From the NCBI GenBank assembly GCA_044892505.1, contig CM097882.1, positions 12,462,001 to 12,526,000 of the forward strand: DNA of 64,000 nt, read 5' to 3'. The translations under genes and the position numbers were made by a program. Shown one piece after another: positions 30,526 through 43,010 of this stretch; within the stretch, counting starts at the first letter, position 1, and each line of letters begins with the position of its first letter. This DNA comes from Schmidtea nova (Eukaryota). The notes below the pieces were generated by a model. That model was not told the origin of the DNA, made no database searches, and saw only the letters and a list, made by a program, of their open reading frames with translations.

Positions 30526-30869
30526 CCTTTCACTTACTCACTTTACTTTATTATTCTTCACTGTATGCATACTTTGACGTCGTTAGGCCACATAATCAGC
30601 TTACTCGCATTTATCGATACCCAGGTGCGCACCTTTAACTCTTTCGTTATTAATTCGGTTTCTTTCAATCATTATTCCTCATTATTCGTTATTCATTTTC
30701 ACTATTCATCATTTATCCTCATTATCACTTATTCGTCTCTACCCTCCTTTATTCCTCTCTATTATTGTCGTTTATTTCTACTATCCGGATAGTTTTATAC
30801 TTTGTTTAGTCCTCATCTGCCTCACTTCGTCGTCTTTCTCGTGGGCTTTTACTCAATATCTTATTTCGA

Positions 30870-31500
30870 ACGAGAACTATGCTCACAGTTGAGAACTATG
30901 CTCACTAACGAGAACTATGCTCACTGACGCGGACTGCGCTTACTACGAGAGCTAGGCTCACTGACGAGAACTATGCTCACTGGCGAGAACTATGCTCACT
31001 GGCGAGAACTATGCTCACTGGCAAAACATGGTTGTTACGAGGGTTTTGTTTACTGATGGAAACTCTGTTTGCTCCGGGAACTATGTTCCCTGATTAGAAC
31101 TATGCTCACTGATGAAGGATGTTTTTATTACAGGAATTATGTTTCCTGATGAGAACTAAGCTCACTACGATGATTATGTTTATTGATGAGAACTACGCTC
31201 ACTGATGAGGACTATGTTCGCTGTTAGGGCTTACGTTTATTGATGAGAACTCTGCTCACTACGATGTTATGTTTAATGCCGAGACCTATGCTCACTATGA
31301 TGTTAGGTTTCATGGCGAGACCTATGCTAACTATGATATTAGGTTTTATGACGAGACCTATGCTCACTATGATGTTAGGTTTTATGACGGGACCTATGCT
31401 CACTATGATGTTATGTCTAATGTCGAGACCTACGCTCACTATGATGTTATGTTTTATGACGAGACCTATGCTCACTATGAGACCTATGCTCACGAACGAG
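30870..31500. repeat. Tandem array built on GAGAACTATGCTCACT, evolving from ~18-21-bp to 33-bp units
   Basis: Directly visible; produces the repetitive ORFs 31224-31766. Confidence 0.9.
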
Positions 31501-32189
31501 AACTCGAAATATCATCTCTCAGTGGTTGCATGTATTTCTTCGGAGATGTTCATCTCTCAGTGGTCACTTATGCTTCTTCGGAGAATCTATTATCGCGTTT
31601 CGTTAAGTTCTATCTTTCAAGAACTATGGGCAAATCCTTTCTCTTTAGGACCCTTTTATTATCTCCTTTCTTTCAAGGATTTCATTTAGCCTCGAGTTTT
31701 CCATTTACTCGGCTCATCTACTACACCCCTTTATTCTATTATCGATTCGTCAACCTCTCTACGTGATTTTACTTTATGCGAGCTGATTACGTGCCTTTCA
31801 TCATATACCCCATTTATCCACTTTTATTATTCATTTCCTCACTCTCTTTCTCTACTGATCAAATTATCATCCTATTTTTATAGTTTTTCTGCGCGCGCCT
31901 AAACCTCATTGAGTTGTCCCTACCTTTCGACTCAACCAAAATATATAAAAAGATCGCATTGGTCCACTGATGCACGATGTGGTGATCAGTCACATCAAAA
32001 GAGCTTTCCAATATCCGCGATTGGTTCCTTTCTACATATCTCGGGTAAGTTTATCAGTTGGTTCCCCCCAATCGGTGCTTACCGGACTACTAGTGAGTAG
32101 CTCATAATTACTTAGGTCATTTTTACCAAGTCGTTATTAAACCCTCATAATTTCAACAACAGCTGTACTTGTTCAAAACTTTATTTCTA

Positions 32190-32648
32190 TTACAAGTACA
32201 CTGTTATTCTTTCGGATACGGGAAGGTTGCACATAGGACATCGTTCATTTATTTTACATTCATTACAGAATCGAAAATGCCCACATGGCAACAACATTAT
32301 CTGTATCTTATTTATTTCACAGATGTAACACGTCAGATATTGTCTCGTATGTTCTGTTGTTATTCTTATCCACTCATCGTGTTTGGTTGCAATCTGTTGT
32401 TCTAGCCTGTGGCACTCGATATTCATTTCAGGGTTGTTTAATCGCTCTCTATACCACTGATATCGTGTTGCCGTATCCACTAGGTTCTTACTCTCGCTTG
32501 TGCTCATCATCATTTCGGCTCTTTCTGTGTTGTTTGTCGGTTCGTGATATCCTTCTACCTCGAGTCGTCTTAACTTCCTCATTATTGTCTCCACTGTTTC
32601 GTTGTTTGTTTTGAAAAACGTTTGCATTTCTTTTATTTTGTTCTCCAT
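32190..32648 (-). CDS. C-terminal RING-finger (IAP/MDM2-type C3HC4) protein in the 5' leader of the giant element
   Basis: CYICEINKIQIMLLPCGHFRFCNECKINERCPMCNLPVSERITVYL*: RING at the extreme C-terminus with a hydrophobic tail as in IAP/MDM2 RINGs. No BIR recognised. Confidence 0.88.
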   Translation of the reverse strand: MENKIKEMQTFFKTNNETVETIMRKLRRLEVEGYHEPTNNTERAEMMMSTSESKNLVDTATRYQWYRERLNNPEMNIECHRLEQQIATKHDEWIRITTEHTRQYLTCYICEINKIQIMLLPCGHFRFCNECKINERCPMCNLPVSERITVYL

Positions 32649-33174
32649 CCCCTGAATGAATTCTCATTAATTTTGTCGATTTTTATTTATTATTTATTAT
32701 TCCTATTCTATGGTAGCCCTACTGTTCGCTTTTTGTTGTTCTGTTTTGCGTTGTTATTTGCGTATCCCCCCGTGTTCTTGAATGTCGCCCCGACATGATC
32801 ATTGTTAGTTGTTCACACACATATCATTTTCATGCATACCTTTCAAAATACTTTTATATTGCTTCATTCCTACTTTTCATTTCTTTTCCTACTGTTATTC
32901 CACATACTATTCATCATGCTTCATTCATACTCATATTTTCACATTCATACTTTCATTCTCATGTATACTTTTATCACGTTCATCAATCTCATTATTTTAC
33001 ACTCATACCTTTATTTATTATTTTTCAACCCGATTCATTCTTGCTTCAGGACCCTCAAACCCTCTGTTATTCTTTACTTTACTTTTCCTCTCTAAATTCA
33101 ATTTCATCCCGGTTCAGGCGCTCTAAAACTGTCTGCAGATATCGAATTCACTTTTTCCCACAAAGATCGATTTA

Positions 33175-33192
33175 ATCCCGGCTGAGCCCCCA
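33175..33192 (-). promoter_or_regulatory. Primer-binding site, tRNA-Pro
   Basis: TGGGGGCTCAGCCGGGAT is 16/18 identical to the classical tRNA-Pro PBS TGGGGGCTCGTCCGGGAT, 6 nt from the LTR end. Confidence 0.88.
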
Positions 33193-33198
33193 AATTTA

Positions 33199-36100
33199 TG
33201 CTAGTGTTTTGGTTCGATGGACAACTGAGATCATTTAGATGTTAAACGTTAGGGTGATCTCGCCAACATAAAAAACATTCCCCCGCTGACACCCATGATG
33301 TATCCCTAACTACTCATCATGTTGGTGCAGTGTCAACGTTGTGAAATGACAAGGCAGGTGAGCAACCTTGCGGCTACTATTCCCTTGTTTATTCACGGGT
33401 CCACCACTACCGATAGAAGGTGTTTGTGGATTTCTTTCGGTCCCAATTATACGCTCTCTTATTGTCCTAGGGTGAATCAATTTTAGAGTGCCTACAATCT
33501 CAAATGAATCAGGTTTTACCTTACATTTAATTTCCAATCATACTTCAAGAAAACAAATCAAGTCATTTCATGAGAATACATTTATTTACAATTTAACAAA
33601 ACCGATGGTCGGATTACGTTCAATAGTTCATGCTCGGAGAGTCCACTGAGCAGATCGACCTCAATGCCCAGGCGTTCGGCATAGGGTCGACGCTCTCGAC
33701 GTTTCTTTGCTCCGAGGCGGTTCTGACGCTTTGTCCTCTGGGATCCCTTCGAAGTTATCGTTATCGACTCATTAGTCGTTGTTGCGGTTGTCTCCGTTTC
33801 AGTTTGAGTACTGGTGGTGACTGCTATTGTCTTTACTCACTTATCCAATGTACTCGCATTGATCCTTGGGCGTAACTGTTCCGTGATGAATTCTTGCGTC
33901 GAGGCCTTTAGGTAATTTGCCAATTCCAATTTCAACGCTGCGACTTCTCTTGCCTGCTCTTCGGCTGCTTGATCTGCGCGATATCTCACCTGTAGGATGG
34001 TCTTGACCCTCTCGGGGTTGAACCATGTCGTTTTCACCCGTTGGTGTTCTGCGCTTAACTGACGTAAGTGACTCTCAAGGACTCTGGAACGGGCCTTGTG
34101 CTCGCGAGCCTCCTGTTTATAATTCCGTGTATCCTCAGCTTTCATGTCTAGAAAATCGGGTATTAATTTATGTCACGACAACCGTTTGTTTATCTATCCT
34201 TGTCTCTGTGTTAACACAATTATTCCTGATTCATACACTCATCCGCATGCATTCGTATATCAGAACAATAAATGTGCACTAAAAAAACAGATTTTATTTT
34301 TACAACAGGGTGTCATTAGTTTGATCTTCGAGTTGATGGCGCTGGCCTATCCTTTACTGCAGGAACGATCGTAATTGTTGATCTGCGGGATTATCATCTC
34401 GTCGGATCCCGTTTGCGTGATATAGCTCCGGGGATGGGTGCCAGCTCAGCTTGCCTTGGTGTATGAACACCTCCCACAAGCGGAGATCCTTGGGTTCCGG
34501 ATGGCGATCCAACGTGACACTTCCGGGAGCGTTCGAATAGGATTGGACTTCCCCAGTAGCGCTACACCGAGGCCTGTCCAGCAGCAGGTATCCAAGATGA
34601 TATAGCGATTGACCAGTCATCGCTTCCGAGCTTAACAACCATCGTGGCTGTCCGGATTCATCCAGGAATTGATAGAACCACTGTGTGGGTTTCTGTTCCG
34701 GAGGGCTCGAAGATGACGTCCAATTTGCGTCTCCCTCCCATCGGAATTGTATTCGGAACGCGCAGGCTGGGATGTTAGCGGCCACGTTCATGTGCCGTCG
34801 CATCCATCGACGCAGATGTCGGCGCGCTAGCTCGGCGATTGGCCGTGGGGCGTCCTTCTCCCCTTGAATTTCGGTCATATATCTGTGATTGGCGACAGAT
34901 CGGACCTGCCGTTTCCTTCGAGCGAGACGACTCTCCTTTGTCGCGGGCGGCGAGACCAATGGCGGATTCGAGAGTTTTTCGTGTTTCATACCTTCTTTCT
35001 GAATGATATGATGCTTGATTTTATTCATCCGTCATTAATTTTTATCGGTTATATATACTTAGTCAACTACGTGAGTAGCAATTGGTTTTAAGTAGGCCTC
35101 ACCCGTCCGGTGAGTTGGTTGCATTCAGAATGACGAGCGATGTATGTAGGACGGTAGGTTGGTAGATCATACTCAGTTGAGTTGGTTTTAACTCCGCTTG
35201 TAAACTCAATTTATTAAATCGCGCATCAGCACATCACGGCTTACGATATTATTCTTATGTTTATTTTAACAGACATTCTCCATTATTCACCATTCATCTC
35301 ATCAATAACTACCAATGACCATCATTCTCTGGGTGATTTGGGTGATTCCCTAAAATTGGGTTCATTATTTAGCATATTTCCATTTCATGTTCGAATGTGT
35401 GTTTATTCATAATGCTTAGCGTTGGTTAAATGCGCTTTATACCATACGCTGTTGATTTATCGTTTCACCGCCTATTATACGCACTACAATTATCCCTGTT
35501 GGAATCATGGTTTATATAAGGTTATAGACACCCCATGTGCACACACCCCTTTCCCGATTACCAAATAGTTAGAACACTTATAGTCCCGCCGCATCGGTAC
35601 CTCATATAAGAATATGTTGTACCGAGAGGCCAAGAATCCGTCAGGCTGTTAGGCCTCCGGAAAAGTCCTTATTGATTTTAATATGAATAATAATTATAAG
35701 GGTTTAAGCTAATAATATAGAACACAACTCGAATTTACCTTTTATTTCCACTTCCAAGTTGTTTACAAGGTTCAATTGTCAAATTCACACTCAGTAATTT
35801 GGTAAAATTTTAACGACTTACACTTGGTAAAACAATAATGACATTCCCAATACTGATTTGACTTCAGTATATATACTCATTTGGTGTTGTTGGTCAGCCA
35901 ATCAGCATCGAGTATGTGTGTCTGTCTGGTCATTCTTTTGTGTTTGTCGGCTTTTTGCTGTCTAATTTAACTCAATGATTTGTTTGTTTAATCATGCGGT
36001 AAGTTTATTTTGTTATGATTTAATTTTAATTTTATTTTTGTTTCAGGTCTTCAGTGATGTCCGCCCACCTGTTGTCATTTTCAGATTTTATCTGATTCGC

Positions 36101-36274
36101 ATGGGTGAGTTTTTAAGATTTATGTTATTCTGATTAATGCTTTATTTCTTTTAGATGTTACCGCTTATTTGCTACCTTTTGGTGTTGGTAATTTATTTTG
36201 TTGTTATTTTTGTATATTTATTTTATTGATTGTGCATTATTTTTCAGATGCTGCTCGATTTGGCTGGCCCAACA
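33199..36274 (-). repeat. 5' LTR (3076 bp) of the giant element
   Basis: Direct repeat of 6475-9551; adjacent to the PBS. Confidence 0.95.
35837..35902 (-). promoter_or_regulatory. Candidate LTR promoter (reverse CCAAT 35898-35902, TATATATA 35868-35875, Inr-like TCATT ~35837-35841)
   Basis: Motif order fits a minus-strand Pol II promoter ~430 bp into the LTR; spacing is slightly long. Inference only. Confidence 0.3.
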
Positions 36275-36612
36275 AAAATAACATTTGTAAAATAATGATG
36301 ATAATGATTATGATAATTTGTAAATGTTAAAAATAACAAATTTATGAATTTTTGTTTATTTCAGTTGTATTTATTTCGTAAAAAATAAAAAAATCTGTAG
36401 TTAATTTTGAAAGCTTGCTTATGATATTTATTTTGGGTTTAAAAATAAACATTTATTTTCATGGAAACACAGCTCCCCGATGATATAAATAGCTTTAGTG
36501 GGGATTCCTAGGCCAAATAGGAAAACTTAAGTATTGCAATTTGGGAAGTGTAATAAAACATAGTGAAGTTGTAATAATCTAACTTTAATAACATGAAAAT
36601 AATAACACTTAC

Positions 36613-36924
36613 CTTTGCCATAAGAAAGGATCCAATAACCATGAAAATGCTGTTACTGATTGTTAGTTTCTGTGTGGAATCCGCTAAATTCGGACTGATC
36701 AAATTGATTAGCCATAAAATGACACTGAGGAAAACAATAATGACTATTATAACAAGCCAGACTATCGGGGAATATGGTTCGGAGAGTCTGGGAAGATTTA
36801 GTACTTTTACACTTTGCTTCATCAATATCGAAAAAGGAACAACAAAAATTTTTTGAGAGTATATAAATCTATTTAAATAAGCTGGCTCAAAAGGAACCGG
36901 GATCCCAATCATATCGGATGCATT
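36613..36924 (-). CDS. Host iGluR/IR-like gene, exon encoding end of S1, M1 and M2
   Basis: NASDMIGIP...YSQKIFVVPFSILMK...EPYSPIVWLVIIVIIV..LWLINLISP...ISNSIFMVIGSFL. Acceptor ttttcag at 36925-36926 and donor GTAAGT at 36612-36611; 312 nt, phase 0/0; joins 4523-4741 in frame. Confidence 0.8.
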
Positions 36925-37843
36925 CTGAAAATTTATAAAATTCAGGAAAAGATTTTATTTATTTTAGGAAATTATTTAATGAAAAATTAAATTACACTAT
37001 CTAATTGGCCCAACAGTCCAGTAAAGCCAGTCTTTGTGAGTCTGCCAATGTTCGTAACGCTTGGAAATGATGTAAGAGAATATGCCAATTTTATGGGAGT
37101 TAAAAGTGAGTTAAGATTTTCTAAAATGAATCCATTTGGTGAAATTGAGCCATCAGAATTATTAATGCCAGTNNNNNNNNNNNNNNNNNNNNNNNNNNNN
37201 NNNNNNNNNNNNNNNNNNNNNNNNNNNNNNNNNNNNNNNNNNNNNNNNNNNNNNNNNNNNNNNNNNNNNNNNNNNNNNNNNNNNNNNNNNNNNNNNNNNN
37301 NNNNNNNNNNNNNNNNNNNNNNNNNNNNNNNNNNNNNNNNNNNNNNNNNNNNNNNNNNNNNNNNNNNNNNNNNNNNNNNNNNNNNNNNNNNNNNNNNNNN
37401 NNNNNNNNNNNNNNNNNNNNNNNNNNNNNNNNNNNNNNNNNNNNNNNNNNNNNNNNNNNNNNNNNNNNNNNNNNNNNNNNNNNNNNNNNNNNNNNNNNNN
37501 NNNNNNNNNNNNNNNNNNNNNNNNNNNNNNNNNNNNNNNNNNNNNNNNNNNNNNNNNNNNNNNNNNNNNNNNNNNNNNNNNNNNNNNNNNNNNNNNNNNN
37601 TATAAAAATTGTTGAGATCGAATCCATCACTGCGAGATTAGTTTGATCCGGAATATCTTTTTGAAAATTAAAAGTTGTTACATATTGTACTACTGTTACC
37701 TAAATAAGCATCATAATTACTATTCTGAAATAAACATGCGTGAAAAAATAAAGGTTTTACGGAATTATGTATGGATTTTAAGTTATCAAACTTATTTTGT
37801 TTATTATAAAATTTGACATAAAATTTATCATAAAATTTGATTA

Positions 37844-37885
37844 CTATAATTTATGAATACTAATTAAAACTTTATAAGGGTACAA

Positions 37886-37925
<40 letters not shown>

Positions 37926-38494
37926 TCTGATAATTTAAAATTTGTGGCAAGTGTTGCCGTTAAGATAATTCGTGCACTCCTCCAGAATTTCGAATCAGAA
38001 AGGCTTGATTTTCTGTCATCGTTGCTTGTCAAGTAATATCTAGAAGCGAAGTATTCCATAGTCCAATTTTCGATATTCTTTTGCATGATTTGGATTTGAC
38101 TGATATTCAAAGCTCTCGATTGAACCCATTTTTGCATCGATTTCTCATTGACTTCATCAATTCCACCTCTAATCAACTCTTTCGGCATGGCTTTCATAAT
38201 AATCAATTCAATCTGATCGATTGGCACTCGAGTAACGAAATTGTAGATCTTTCTTCTCAACAGCGCATTGATACACAACTTTACAGCCCACATTTCTTTT
38301 TCTTCTTCGGAGAACGGTTTGATATGATTAAACCATCTTAAAGCATGGAAATAGCAGTCTTTAATTGACGAACATGCTTGAAACACTTCAACATCAGCAG
38401 TAGATTGATAATATTCATTGATATAGTTTTCATTAAACAAATAATCGTTCAATTTTAATTGACAGATATCGATTTTCAGATTACCAAATTCCAT
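37844..38494 (-). CDS. Unassigned ~200-aa ORF ending in a (TA)n tract
   Basis: ATG-initiated, long open frame in AT-rich DNA; no motif recognised. Confidence 0.4.
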
Positions 38495-39091
38495 TTTTTC
38501 AAATTTAAAATCAAATTAAGAATCACTTTTATAATTTTCAAATTCACCAAAAGTTTACAAAAATTTTATTAATCCAATTGATTTGGATAAACAAAACAAA
38601 TCGTCCAAAAAATAGTTTTAATCCAAAAATCCAAATCAAAAATCAATCCAAATTAAAATGAATTGATCCGATTAAACAAAAGAATTAAGTCAGAAAATTC
38701 CAATTTTAGCAGCAAGAATCCCAAATTCCACCACTATCGAAAACAACTCGCACACAGACGCGAGAACAAATTCTTATCACAGAATCTCATCGTCTACACC
38801 ATTACGAGTTGGTGGTGTATTGCAAACGAGCAACAATGCACAATGACTCCATCTCAATTGTGATTGGACAGCCTCCATCAATCAAAAATTTCAATTATTC
38901 CTCAACATCCCCCTCTCCTTGACAACTTGTCAATTTTCAGTTAACATACCTAAACCAAATTAGCATTAACAATTACAATTTGCTATGACCACGACTAATA
39001 AAATTTAATTTAATTTTGTATCCCTCTTAACTACTATCAGGCGCAACTCATATTTTTTGGACTTTCTTAGCCAATTCCAATGGAAAAATTT

Positions 39092-40054
39092 TTACAAAAA
39101 TCTGGTTTTCTCTTTACCTTGACATTCAACCTTAACAACTCTGACCTTTCCATCACTACCTGGAATCAGTTCCTTAATTCTTACTAACGGCCATCGACCT
39201 TCTAAAATATTAGGTTCTAAAACCCAAACAACGTCACCTACTTTGACTTCTCTGTTTTCTTTCCACCATTTTTTCTTGTACCCCACATTGGTACGAGTTC
39301 TTTCTTCCACCTTTCCCAAAAATGGTTCACTATCTCCAAAATTCTTTTCCATCTTCTTTGGTAATCTACTCCTTCATTAGGGGTGATATCTTCTGTTCGA
39401 TCCAGTCCAGGCCATTTTGATAAAATAAAGTCATTTTGAGTTAGTGCAATATCTTCTTTGCCGTCACTGCATTGCACTGTCAAAGGGCGATAATTCAATA
39501 AGCCTTCTACTTTTATTAACACTGTATTCAGTTCTTCATCCGAAATGTCAGCCTCTCCAATAATTATTTTCATAGCTCTCTTTGCTGATTTTATTAAAGA
39601 CTCGAATATTCCTCCAAAATGCGATGCCGAAGGTGGATTAAATATCCATCTAATTTGATTAGCCAACAGTACTTTACTCATTTTATAAGAATCTATAACA
39701 AACTCTTGAACTTCTCCAGTTTCCCCAACAAAATTTGTTCCGTTGTCCGATAAGATCATTGACGGCTTTCCTCTTCTTCCTATGAATCTCATTAATGCTC
39801 GTACGAAAGCATCTGTATCTAATGAATATGCCATCTCACAATGAACCGCTCGCGTTTGTAAACAAGTGAATAAACAAAGATATCTTTTCTGCCTCACTTT
39901 ACCCCTTCCCTGAATTGTTTCAAATGGTCCTGCAAAATCTACAGCAACCTTTCCAAAGATTTGCATTGGTTCATCAAATCTGAATGAAGGTAGTGGAGCC
40001 ATTATTTGTTCCATCCCTTTAGCTCTTCTTTTTTTACATTCGTGACAATTATTT
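39092..40054 (-). pseudogene. pol: BEL/Pao integrase and C-terminal DUF5641-like tail
   Basis: VAVDFAGP, ILSDNGTNF, HFGGIFESLIKSAK; WPLVRIKELIPGSDGKVRVVKV in a shifted frame. Confidence 0.92.
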
Positions 40055-42286
40055 TCACACTCTTTGATACTGTCTGGCCCTTAATATCCAATATTCCTTA
40101 TTCATGTCACTCAATATATGGTTCACCCCAGCATAATGATTTCCTCTCCTATGATACTCTTTAATGATTAGTCTGGTGACCCAACTTTTATCACTCAGAA
40201 TAACTGGGTACCTTGCTTTAATTGTTAAAAATTCTGCATTAACTAGACGGCTCTTAGATCGAATAATTCTATCTTTATCTAAAATCGGATTCAGTTTTCT
40301 CAACTTACTTTTTTCCTGAACGGATTTGCTTTCATTCAACCTTTTGACTTCTTCTTTAAAATGCTTCTCTTGATCTGCCTTGATTATTCTTATTTCAATA
40401 TCTTCGATTTCTTCGGATTTCAGTTGACCCTTTCTTCTACCTTCAATTTGACACCTACAATTGTTAATATATCTGACTACCAAAGCATATACACACTTTA
40501 ACCTCACCCAGTCCGAATAAGATTCTGGTTCGAAACAATTCACACACGATTTAAAGTTCCGATTTTTTACTTCTGCTTTATTTGTGTACATGACCACTTT
40601 CTTAATTTCTTTACATATTGTCGGCATGTCGATGAATTCAGTCTTAGGCCATTCGTCTTTTTTTAACTGGAGAAATGTCGGTCCTTTTAACCACTCCTTT
40701 TTAACTTGCAGGTCCCTAGCAGACATTCCTCGTGAAATAAGATCTGCAGGATTTTCCTTTGTAGGCACATGCTTCCACTGGTTTGCTGATGTTTCAGACT
40801 GTATGCTTCCAACTCTATTACTCACAAATTGTTTGAATTTTCGCGCATGCTGTCGTATCAAATATAGCACATCCATGCTATCAGTCCAGAATGTAACTTC
40901 CCTAACATCGTAATTTATCGCTCTCGATATCTTTTTTGCCAATTTTAATCCGACACAAGCTCCTAGCAATTCCATCCTCGGAATACTAACCATTTTAACT
41001 GGAGCGACTTTTGACTTAGCCGCTATAAATCTAGTTTCTATGTTCTCTTTAGTTTGCTCTCTTAAATACGCTACCGCTCCGTAAGCTTTTTCAGAGGCAT
41101 CGGTAAATACATGAATAATCCATACGCTATTCACAGAACAAATTAAACATATAGGTATTTTAAACTCATTTAAATTCACTGCTTCTTCAAACCAACATTT
41201 TGCACTCATCTCTATTTCAATTGGTAATGGATCATCCCAATTGATTCCGGACATCCAAGTTGATTGCATTATCATCTTTCCTCTTACTACAAAGGTACTC
41301 AAAAACCCTAACGGATCGAATATTCTGGCTATCCAACTTAATAAAGTTCTTTTTGTTAATTTATTTGATTGAAATGGTTTCACCGAAAACTCAAAATAGT
41401 CTGGTCCTGATAACCATTTTAATCCTAACGTTTTCACTGTCATCCTTCCTTCCTCTTCAATACTCAATTTTGAAGCTCGATCTTTCAATGGAATGCTTTC
41501 CAACAATTTTTCAGAATTAGTTATCCACTTTTTTGCTTTCATTCCGGCCGTTTTCCAAATTATTTCTAAATCATTTTTTAACTCAAATGCCTCTACCTCT
41601 GATTCCACGGAATCTAAACTATCGTCCATGTAAGTGGATTTAATAACTGTTTCAGCAGCTCTTGGAAATTTATTCTCTAAATTTCTTGCATTCTCTTGAG
41701 TCACATACTGTGCTAAGTACGGAGAGGCATTTATTCCAAACACTAATCTATTAAATTCAAAAACTTTAATTTTCGCTTCATCTTTCCATAAAAATCTCAA
41801 ATATTTCCTATCTTCCTTAGCCACTGCTATTTGCAAAAACATTTCGGCAATATCGCATACGATTGCAATTCTATGTTTCCTAAACCGTAGCAAAACATCA
41901 AACAAGTCGTTTTGTAATTTTGGCCCTGTTTCTATTATATCATTCAAACAAGTTCCCCAATTTTTGGCAGCTGCGTCAAACACAATTTTTATTTTTGTCG
42001 ATTCTCTATCTCTTTTTATAACTGAGAAGTGTGGTAACAACCATTTATTTTCGGATTCCTCTGCCTTAGTAATTTCCCTTATATAATCTTTTCTTTCATG
42101 TTCTGCTATTACTTTTGAATACTCCTTTTTTAATATTGCATCTTTACTAAATCGTTCTTGTAAACTTTTCAATCTTTTTTCTGCCATGTTTCTATTTAAA
42201 ATCAATTCTGGTATTTCTTTTTTCCAAGGCAAACTAACTTCATATCTATTATCTTTATAATTTAATTGATTTTTCGTCTTATCCAT
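40055..42286 (-). pseudogene. pol: BEL/Pao reverse transcriptase and Pao RNase H
   Basis: KIVFDAAAK, DIAEMFLQI, RLVFGINASPY, YMDD, FTDASEKAYGAVAY, SIPRMELLGA, FWTDS, ENPADLISRG. Confidence 0.96.
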
Positions 42287-42509
42287 AATTAATTTATCTT
42301 TTGTTGAAAGTGCGATTGGGGTTTCTTAAACTTCCTCAAGCTCCCAGAATTTCAGAATCTGATAATTTATATTTCCTTCCTTAATAAAGTAAGCACGCAC
42401 AAAATTTGTCTGGTGATTTAATGGCATCCCAATTCCTGGTCCACCTACACAAGTCTACCCTAATGGCGTGCGTCTTGCAATAGGTTCATTTTCATTTCCA
42501 GTAATTTCT

Positions 42510-42962
42510 TCAATAGTTTTGGAGGTCTAAATAATCTACTCCAATCAAGACGTCAACTGTCTGCTTTCCATATAAGGACGGGAACGGAATTCCCTTTAAA
42601 TGAGGCCACGAGTGAGCTACTTTTGTCCAATCAATTACTTTCATATTCCCTGTAATTGATCTAAGAGCCAATGCTTTAAATATTTTAACTATTTTCCCTC
42701 CAGTATCCTTCAGGATCATTTCAACACTTCGATCTGGTATTCCCTCAGTTCTTCCACCAATAACCTTTATCGTTGTATTTATATCGCCTCCATCGAGTTT
42801 CAGTTCTGATGCAACTCTTTCGCTTACAAAGCTTGCCGTGCTAGCATCGTCTAACAGTGCGTTCAAAAATAATTGTTTGCCATTACTCTCTAAGATAATA
42901 GGAACAGTTCTCAAACTGAACAACTTTGTTGAATTTTTGACTTGTTTTTTCCCGATTTCCAT
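42510..42962 (-). pseudogene. BEL/Pao aspartic protease region
   Basis: LRTVPIIL...NALLDDASTASFV...DVLIGVD. Confidence 0.85.
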
Positions 42963-43010
42963 TAATGTTACTTGATTTTCTGGAGCCTTTAGAGTTGAAA
43001 AGTTATGTAA

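Larger units (their letters stand above)
6475..36274 (-). mobile_element. Giant (~29.8 kb) env-bearing Ty3/gypsy LTR retroelement with many accessory genes (Burro-like); decayed copy
   Basis: Direct repeats 6475-9551 and 33199-36274 with TG...CA termini, AAAA on both flanks (6471-6474, 36275-36278), PBS next to the right LTR, and order gag...PR-RT-RH-IN (gypsy order). Confidence 0.95.

Noticed and set aside
31224-31766. Repetitive ORFs on both strands
   Set aside because: Explained by the 33-bp tandem array.
32190-32648. Complete IAP (BIR + RING)
   Set aside because: No CX2CX16HX6C BIR signature in or upstream of the ORF; only the RING is supported.
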